Assembly (NCBI GenBank): GCA_041946735.1
Contig: JBHGAY010000018.1
Coordinates: 32,001 to 96,000 of the forward strand
DNA from: Candidatus Eiseniibacteriota bacterium
Lineage (GTDB): Bacteria; Eisenbacteria; RBG-16-71-46; CAIMUX01; VGJL01
Length of the DNA: 64,000 nt
Direction: 5' to 3'
Of this stretch, positions 59,101-64,000 are shown piece by piece; the first letter of the stretch is position 1; every line of letters starts with the position of its first letter. A program made the position numbers and the translations under genes. The notes under the pieces were generated by a model. The model was not told where the DNA came from. It did no database searches and was given only the letters and a program-made list of their open reading frames with translations.

Positions 59101-59386
59101 CGCTTCGCTCGCTCTACGCTCCGCGTCGCGCAATCCGTTCCGCGACGCGGTGCGCCTCTCCTGGTCGGCTCCCGCCGGCAGGGGTCTCCGCCTCTCGATC
59201 GTCGACGCGGGTGGCCGCCGCGTGCGCCAGCTCCTCGATCGCGGCGGCCTGGCCGGCGCGGCCGGCTACGCCGTGTGGGATGGAAGGGACGATCGCGGTC
59301 ACGCAGTCCCGGCGGGGACGTACTGGGCGCGTCTCGAGGCGGATCGCGGCGAGGAGCGGATCGTCCGGATCACTCGAATCCGGTAG
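56153..59386 (+). CDS. Large secreted beta-repeat protein with FlgD-Ig/T9SS-like C-terminal domain
   Basis: Long Ala-rich signal region; many repeats of the type VVWxDxR...IxxxxF..xG; C-terminal NPF...VDAGGRRVR.L...WDGRDDRGHAVPAGTYWARL. Confidence 0.75.
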   Translation: MNVLLRTAAAMAAALAALLTSAYAAACAAVCVAIDAATDAAVRAAASAGVFAVFLAASFSAPALADAPPEQLLHDEIDGQEYQTAVTAATHPDGSWTTVWVDYRSGYPALFSRIFEANGSARGDGNRLTDGRSLFQLDLNAAQVGEPSIVSLGDGRSLLVWDDERDDRDRIRAALLDTEGRVTATRTVSSDSRPDSRSRPQVAISGDRALVVWREGEASFSRVWGQLIALDLDLILPGNFRIDPEQDVRQADPRVIPSQDGWIVAWVEGDAEARVRLQRLDSIGTAQGDPAGVEEQPGWSQGQPAVLAVDDGAFVVWTSSNEGQVDLRAVTLDENLQPLSPAFAVISLGATVTPSDPAAGRLDATTLLVLWTGGPASHSRFYERRVELPGSPEGDFAIVDDPENPPGDVLIPHSLGTAGGGDLPLRLSWSDDRDGWQSVFQVEVGEDGSPQADPERIEPVEGSASQVLPSVDLFADGRAFAVWEDFRSGALSIYGRYLDDQGRPAGAAAFRISEGTGGSVSAPSENLRDLLRNRPSVGALADGRAVVAWTAILPGGRPSVALQNFEASGEPLGNNSGLPEVPEARQSDPRILPLPNGQYMIVWRDTSFETAGDIVGQIFDSDGTPAAGEDTIQIVPARYRGASQYGPAVASADAGEVLVAWLDDRALLGNYDVYAQRFNQSGQKIESNLRITPPEGTRPIVQANVTAGASADRYVVAWDEDPLGTGTIAGKLVVLPTLKNGAGDSGGRGGDASSSSGSGSATGGQAMADEYPFLIGNGQPGYKYPSVAMEPGGRFVVLYWDTSADSVRAMAQRFDEQARPIGEPYAVAAPGGAIASIPGAVAADDAQIQFVTFDSRRDRGWDVRARRVDWSFAGDVTAIQIAGASLLAREDGLALSWSVPIDRAGAAFRVWRQADPAGEPGPAPGDGAWLLEEAWLRPSSPGGADYFFLDAEARPGMRYAYWIEDEEGSFAGPWIGERPGGAAASLALRSASRNPFRDAVRLSWSAPAGRGLRLSIVDAGGRRVRQLLDRGGLAGAAGYAVWDGRDDRGHAVPAGTYWARLEADRGEERIVRITRIR

Positions 59387-62300
59387 GGGCGCGAGGGGAG
59401 CCGAGCGGACCGATCGACTCCGGCAACGGATCGGCCACCGCGACTCGATCGAGCCGCTCGACCTCGAGCGACGGCGCGCCGTAGGCGCTCTCGACCCTTC
59501 CGCTCGCGAGCAGCAGAGCGCCACCGCGCACGCGGTCGCCGTAGCGCGCGTAGACCGGCGGGAAGAGGACGCATTCGGCGAGGCCGGTGTCATCCTCGAG
59601 CGTGAGGAAGAGCATCGGCTCCCCCTTCTTCGTCAGCAGGCGTCGCGCCGCCGAGGCGATGCCGAGAACGCGCGCCGTCCCCTCGTCGGGCAGGAGCGCG
59701 GCGGGCGTTGCCGACGGCAGCCTCCCCTGCTTCCGCAGGACGGCCACCGGATGCGCCGTGATCGCGAGCTCGAGCGTTTCCAGCTCATGACGCACGCGCC
59801 GCGCCTCGTCGAACTCGTGCCACGGCCCGCCCTGCGCTGCGCCGCCGGCGGCGGCGCGCGGTTGCGCGAGGCCGAGGCGGGCGGACCCGTTGCCGCGCGG
59901 CGTATGGCCGCTGCGCGCGAAGCACTCGAGCCTCCACAGCCGGGCGGGACGGGGTCCCGGCCCGACGCCGTCCAGAGCCCCGCAGAGGACGAGCGAGGCG
60001 GTCTCCGCGAGGCTCGCTCCGGTGCGCGCGAGGAAGTCCTCGAGATCCTCGAACGGCCCCTCCTCGCGGCAGCGGAGGATCGCGTCGAGCGTCCGCCGGG
60101 TCAGCCGCTTCACTTGCGCGAGACCGCAGCGGAGGCGGGAGCCGTCCTCCCACGACCAGCCTGCCTCGGAGCGATGCACGCACGGCGGCGCGATCGCGAG
60201 GCCGTGGCGCCGCGCGTCCTCGAGATGGACGCGGAGCGGGTACATCCCCGCCTGATTGTTCAGGAGCGCCGCCCAGAAGGGGCCGGGATGGTGCGCCTTC
60301 AACCAGCTCGTCTGCCACGCGAGAACGCCGTAGCCGGAGGCGTGCGCCTTGCAGAACGCGTAGGAGCCGAACCGCTCCATCTCCTCCCACACGGCGCGCG
60401 CCACGTCGGGGGCGATGCCGTTTCGGATCGCGCAGGTGAGGAAGCGGTTCTCCAGCTCGCGCATCGGCCTGCCTTTCCACGGATCCTCGCCGTCGCGCCC
60501 CGGATCGGGCACGCGCGGGTACGGGCGCTCGCCGAGGGACGGGTCGGCCGAGACGGCGGCGGCCGAAGCGATCGCGCGCCGCAGGAGGTCGCCGAGCGCG
60601 CGATCGAAGCCGCCGATCACGCTCGCGACGCACAGGACGTCCTCCTCGAACAGCAGGATGCCGTAGGTCGAGGAGAGGATCGGCTCGAGCGAGGGATGCA
60701 GATAGGTGGCCGGCTCGAGGCCGCGCGCGCGGCGCACAAACCGCTCCTTCATCCCGGAGCTGGACGGTCCGGGACGGATCAGCGAAAGCGCGGCGATCGT
60801 TCCCTCGAGATCGCGCGTGCGGAGCTGCTTCAAGGCGTTGCGCATCCCCGGCGACTCGATCTGGAAGCAACCGAGCGCGTCCCCCGCCTCGAGCATCCGC
60901 CCGGTCGCCTCGTCCTCACCGGGCAGCGCGTCGAGGTCGGGCGGCTCTCCCCCGCTCGCGCGGATCCGCTCGCGCGTCTCGCCGATCGTCGTCAGCGAGC
61001 GGTTGCCAAGCAGATCGATCTTGACGAGACCGACCGCCTCCACGGCATCCATCTCGTACTGCGTGACCACGATCCCCTTCGTCGCCTGCTCGAGAGGCAC
61101 CCACGTGTCGAGAGGACCGGGACCGATCACGATCCCGCCCGGATGGATGCCGAGCGTGTGCGGAAGGCCGAGGATCCGGCCGGCCGCGGCGACGGCGCCC
61201 GCGAGGGGAGGCGCGTCGAGATCGAGGCGCCGGCCGAGGGGGGTCGAACGGATGGCCTCGGCGATCGGTCCGTCGGCGAAGGAGGGGATCGCGCGCGCGA
61301 GACGATCGATCTGCGCGCTGGTGATGCCGAGCGCCTTCGCCGCCTCGCGGAACGCGCCGCGCGCCCGGTAGAACGCGTGGGTGGAGATCATCGCCACCCG
61401 GTCGGCGCCGTAGGTCTCGTACACGTGCCGGATCACCTCGTCGCGCCGCCTCCAGCAGAGATCGATGTCGAGATCCGGGAGATCGCGGCGCAGCCGGTGG
61501 AGGAAGCGCTCGAACGTGAGGCGGTAGCGGATCGGATCGACGTTCGTGATCCCGAGGAGATAGGAGACGAGCGAGCTCGCGCCGCTGCCGCGGCCGACCA
61601 TCGGAATCGCGCGGGCGCGCGCCACCGCGACGATCTCCCCCACGACGACGAAGTAGTCGGTGAAGCCGAGCGTGTCGATCTGCTCGAGCTCCCAGGCGAG
61701 GCGCTGGACGATCTCGCGCGTCACGGCCCGGTAGCGGCGCCGCAGCCCGTCCTGCGCCATGCGATGGAGGCGGTCGTACGCGGTCTCCCCTTCCGGGAGC
61801 GGCAGCTTCGGGAAGAGGCTTCCGGGACGGGCGAGGTCGGCCGCCGAGAAGCGGCACGAGAGCGCGAGGTCGCGCGCGGCCGCGAGCAGCCACGGATCGT
61901 CATGGAAGAGGTCGAAGACCTCGCCCGGATCGGCGAGATAGCTCGACGGCGGCGCGAGCGCCGCGTCGGGGAGGCGGGAGACGAGATCCAGCTCGCGAAT
62001 CGCGGCGAGGACGCGATGCGCCTCGGCTTCCTCCGGAGCCGCCATGTAGACGTCGACGGAGCCCAGGAGCGGGATGGAGCGGCGTCTCGCCTCCTCTCGC
62101 AGGCGCGCCTCCGCCTCGCGGTCCGGCGAGGGACGGACGATCAGCGCGTGCAGCGCGCCGCGCGGGAGCCGCCCGCCGAGCGAGGCGAGCTGCTCCGGCT
62201 CGCGCGCGAGGACGGCGATCCCCTCGCAATCGTGGGCGACGGACTCGATGAGGTCGAACTCGGGCGCGAGCGCGCGCGCCGTCAGGATGCGGCAGACGGA

Positions 62301-62729
62301 CGCATAGCCCGCCGGCTCGCGGACGAGCAGAACGAGGGCTCCGGCCGCCGCGCACGGCCCGCGCTCGCAGCCCCGCAGTCCCGACTCCGGACCGGGGAGG
62401 AACGGGCCGCCCGAGCGCGGCGAGACCTCGACGCCGAGGACCGGATGGATCCCGGCCGCCGCGCACGACTTGAGAAACGGGATCGCTCCATAGAGGTTGT
62501 CGCGGTCGGCGAGCGCGAGGCCGGGGAATCCGAGATCGGCCGCCCGCGCGACGAGGCGGTCGGGGAGCGCCGTGCCGCGTCCGATCGAGTAGGCGCTGCG
62601 GGCGAGCAGCGGAACGGGGGGCGGCCCCGGCGCGCCGCGCGGCGAGCGGACGCCGGCGCTCGGGCTCGGGCTCGGGCTCCGGCCGCGGCCGGGGCCGGAG
62701 CTGGGGCGGGCGCTGGAGCGGCGCGGCAC
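59370..62729 (-). CDS. dnaE2: Error-prone DNA polymerase DnaE2-like (Pol III alpha family)
   Basis: Degenerate PHP domain, GRGSGAS, FERFL, PDLDID catalytic motif, KIDLLG, FQIESPGMR, YAFCKAHA, LLNNQAGMYP, OB fold; no beta/tau-binding tail. Confidence 0.85.
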   Translation of the reverse strand: MPRRSSARPSSGPGRGRSPSPSPSAGVRSPRGAPGPPPVPLLARSAYSIGRGTALPDRLVARAADLGFPGLALADRDNLYGAIPFLKSCAAAGIHPVLGVEVSPRSGGPFLPGPESGLRGCERGPCAAAGALVLLVREPAGYASVCRILTARALAPEFDLIESVAHDCEGIAVLAREPEQLASLGGRLPRGALHALIVRPSPDREAEARLREEARRRSIPLLGSVDVYMAAPEEAEAHRVLAAIRELDLVSRLPDAALAPPSSYLADPGEVFDLFHDDPWLLAAARDLALSCRFSAADLARPGSLFPKLPLPEGETAYDRLHRMAQDGLRRRYRAVTREIVQRLAWELEQIDTLGFTDYFVVVGEIVAVARARAIPMVGRGSGASSLVSYLLGITNVDPIRYRLTFERFLHRLRRDLPDLDIDLCWRRRDEVIRHVYETYGADRVAMISTHAFYRARGAFREAAKALGITSAQIDRLARAIPSFADGPIAEAIRSTPLGRRLDLDAPPLAGAVAAAGRILGLPHTLGIHPGGIVIGPGPLDTWVPLEQATKGIVVTQYEMDAVEAVGLVKIDLLGNRSLTTIGETRERIRASGGEPPDLDALPGEDEATGRMLEAGDALGCFQIESPGMRNALKQLRTRDLEGTIAALSLIRPGPSSSGMKERFVRRARGLEPATYLHPSLEPILSSTYGILLFEEDVLCVASVIGGFDRALGDLLRRAIASAAAVSADPSLGERPYPRVPDPGRDGEDPWKGRPMRELENRFLTCAIRNGIAPDVARAVWEEMERFGSYAFCKAHASGYGVLAWQTSWLKAHHPGPFWAALLNNQAGMYPLRVHLEDARRHGLAIAPPCVHRSEAGWSWEDGSRLRCGLAQVKRLTRRTLDAILRCREEGPFEDLEDFLARTGASLAETASLVLCGALDGVGPGPRPARLWRLECFARSGHTPRGNGSARLGLAQPRAAAGGAAQGGPWHEFDEARRVRHELETLELAITAHPVAVLRKQGRLPSATPAALLPDEGTARVLGIASAARRLLTKKGEPMLFLTLEDDTGLAECVLFPPVYARYGDRVRGGALLLASGRVESAYGAPSLEVERLDRVAVADPLPESIGPLGSPRAPTGFE

Positions 62730-62762
62730 TTGTCCCTCCTTTCCTCTCCCCCTCCGTCATAC

Positions 62763-62776
62763 CATACGAGTGTTTG
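62763..62776. promoter_or_regulatory. Near-palindromic operator upstream of dnaE2 (candidate LexA-type box)
   Basis: CATAC-GAGT-GTTTG in an AT-rich patch overlapping a putative promoter (minus strand TTGTAG...TATGGT/GTATGA). Confidence 0.4.
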
Positions 62777-62866
62777 TGTCTACAAGAGCCCGACTCTCTG
62801 GCGCCCGGCGCAGCGGGCGGAGAAACCGCATGAGGATCGGCGCGGGATCGACTAAAGAACAGCGAG

Positions 62867-63580
62867 TTAGGCGACGGGCGGAGCGGCGGAATCCCGGCAG
62901 GCGGCGGCGACCACGTCGAGCAGCTCCGGGAAGGCGCGGACAACCCAGTCCGTGTCGCGAGGGCGCGTCGCGGCAACGGCCGGAAGGGTCTCCTCGAGCA
63001 TTCCGAGAATGAGGACGGTGCGCATCCCGGCGGCGCGCGCCCCTTCGTGCTCCCGGCTTCCTCCGTCCCCCACGTAGAGACAGCTCTCCGGCTCGACGCC
63101 GATCCGGGAGGCAGCGAGGCGGTAGATCGCGGGGTCGGGCTTCGCGATCTTCTCATGGCAGGAGAAGAGAGGGACGTCGATTCGCAGGGCGAGCGGCGAC
63201 TCGGGCCAGGCGGCGATCTCGTCGTAGTAGGCATTGCTGATGAGGCCCAGCGAGAGACCGCGCTCGCGCAACCGGTCGAGCGTCTCGAGGACGTCCGCGC
63301 GCACCTCGAGGAGGGCATGCCGGAAGCGAGCGGCGCGCCCGGCGACCGCCTCGCGGACCTTCTCGTCCGGGATGGCGGGGTCGATGCCATGGACGATCGT
63401 CCGCACCGATTCGAACGGATCCTCGATCGCCCCGAGCGCGTGATGCCGCGATTCCTCGATCACGCGCAGATTCCAGCGAGCGGGATCGAGGCCGAGGATC
63501 TCGGCCGTCGAACGGCCCGGAGCCCGGTTGACGTCGATCAGCGTGTGGAAGAGATCGAACAGCACGGCGTGCAGAGGCAT
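62867..63580 (-). CDS. HAD-superfamily hydrolase (subfamily IA)
   Basis: VLFDLFHTL, ISN, KPDPAIY, YVGDGG...GA..AGM. Confidence 0.88.
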   Translation of the reverse strand: MPLHAVLFDLFHTLIDVNRAPGRSTAEILGLDPARWNLRVIEESRHHALGAIEDPFESVRTIVHGIDPAIPDEKVREAVAGRAARFRHALLEVRADVLETLDRLRERGLSLGLISNAYYDEIAAWPESPLALRIDVPLFSCHEKIAKPDPAIYRLAASRIGVEPESCLYVGDGGSREHEGARAAGMRTVLILGMLEETLPAVAATRPRDTDWVVRAFPELLDVVAAACRDSAAPPVA

Positions 63581-63586
63581 GCCCGC

Positions 63587-63616
63587 ACTCTAGCGGTCCG
63601 CGCTCTCCCGCGGCAA
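63587..63616 (-). promoter_or_regulatory. Sigma-70 promoter giving a probable leaderless HAD mRNA
   Basis: TTGCCG-18 nt-TAGAGT, 6 nt before ATG 63580; no SD. Confidence 0.55.
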
Positions 63617-63734
63617 CGAGGCGTGATGATACGATCCCCGGTCCCGCCGGCGGGACGCCCGCGGTTGCGGGCGCCGCGGCCCCGCCTCACCGGCGGCAGA
63701 CGAGACCGATCACCCACGACCGACGGAGGTCCCG

Positions 63735-64000
63735 ATGCCAGTGAAGCCGATCCCGGATGGATACCACGCAGTCACCCCGTACCTGATCGTCCACGACGCC
63801 GCGAAGGCGCTCGACTACTACCAGAAGGTGTTCGGCGCGCAGGAGACGTTTCGGATGGCGTCGCCGGACGGCAGGATCGGCCACGCCGAGATCCGGATCG
63901 GAAACTCCGTCGTGATGCTGGCCGACGAGCACCCGGAGATGGGCTATCGCTCGGCGGCCACGATCGGATCGACCCCGGTCAGCCTGCTTCTCTACGTCGA
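63735..64000 (+). CDS. VOC/glyoxalase (PhnB-like) protein, 3' partial
   Basis: Manual translation MPVKPIPDGYHAVTPYLIV..AAKALDYYQKVFGA...GRIGHAEIRIGNSVVMLADE; SD GGAGG. Confidence 0.9.
   Translation, partial: MPVKPIPDGYHAVTPYLIVHDAAKALDYYQKVFGAQETFRMASPDGRIGHAEIRIGNSVVMLADEHPEMGYRSAATIGSTPVSLLLYV

Overview
GC-rich bacterial chromosomal segment that is mostly housekeeping. It probably comes from an FCB-superphylum-related lineage such as Ca. Eisenbacteria/Latescibacteria; this is inferred from the FCB-type SecA insert, PorU/PorV, bS22 and FlgD-Ig C-terminal domains. In order it holds: a partial phosphohexomutase, tRNA-Thr(CGT) and tRNA-Phe(GAA), a GAF histidine kinase plus single-domain response regulator, DUF3467, an aminotransferase, an OPT transporter, a beta-barrel/lipoprotein pair, a membrane-anchored heparinase II/III-like lyase, the secA-topA-xerC-hslV-hslU-argF cluster, comEC-purC-purH-guaA-slt-polyprenol kinase, a secreted HExxH protease, a TPR + pseudo-PP2C/PEGA operon, porV, PilZ, rnr, a 31-aa bS22 missed by the ORF track, a porU-like C25 sortase, Trm112, an AUR1/PAP2 protein, accA, an M23 protein, an FN3 lipoprotein, pyrE, a NUDIX hydrolase, a large secreted repeat protein, a stand-alone dnaE2, a HAD hydrolase and a partial VOC gene. 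I found no CRISPR array, IS element or prophage. The most notable signals are a T9SS-like sorting module (PorU/PorV with FlgD-type CTD cargo), three sigma-54 promoters that all precede uncharacterised envelope genes (one a transmembrane pseudo-phosphatase system), a 4-Cys insert in SecA, a solo DnaE2 with a candidate SOS-like operator, leaderless genes and a probable CTG start. All assignments come from motif recognition by eye; no searches were run.
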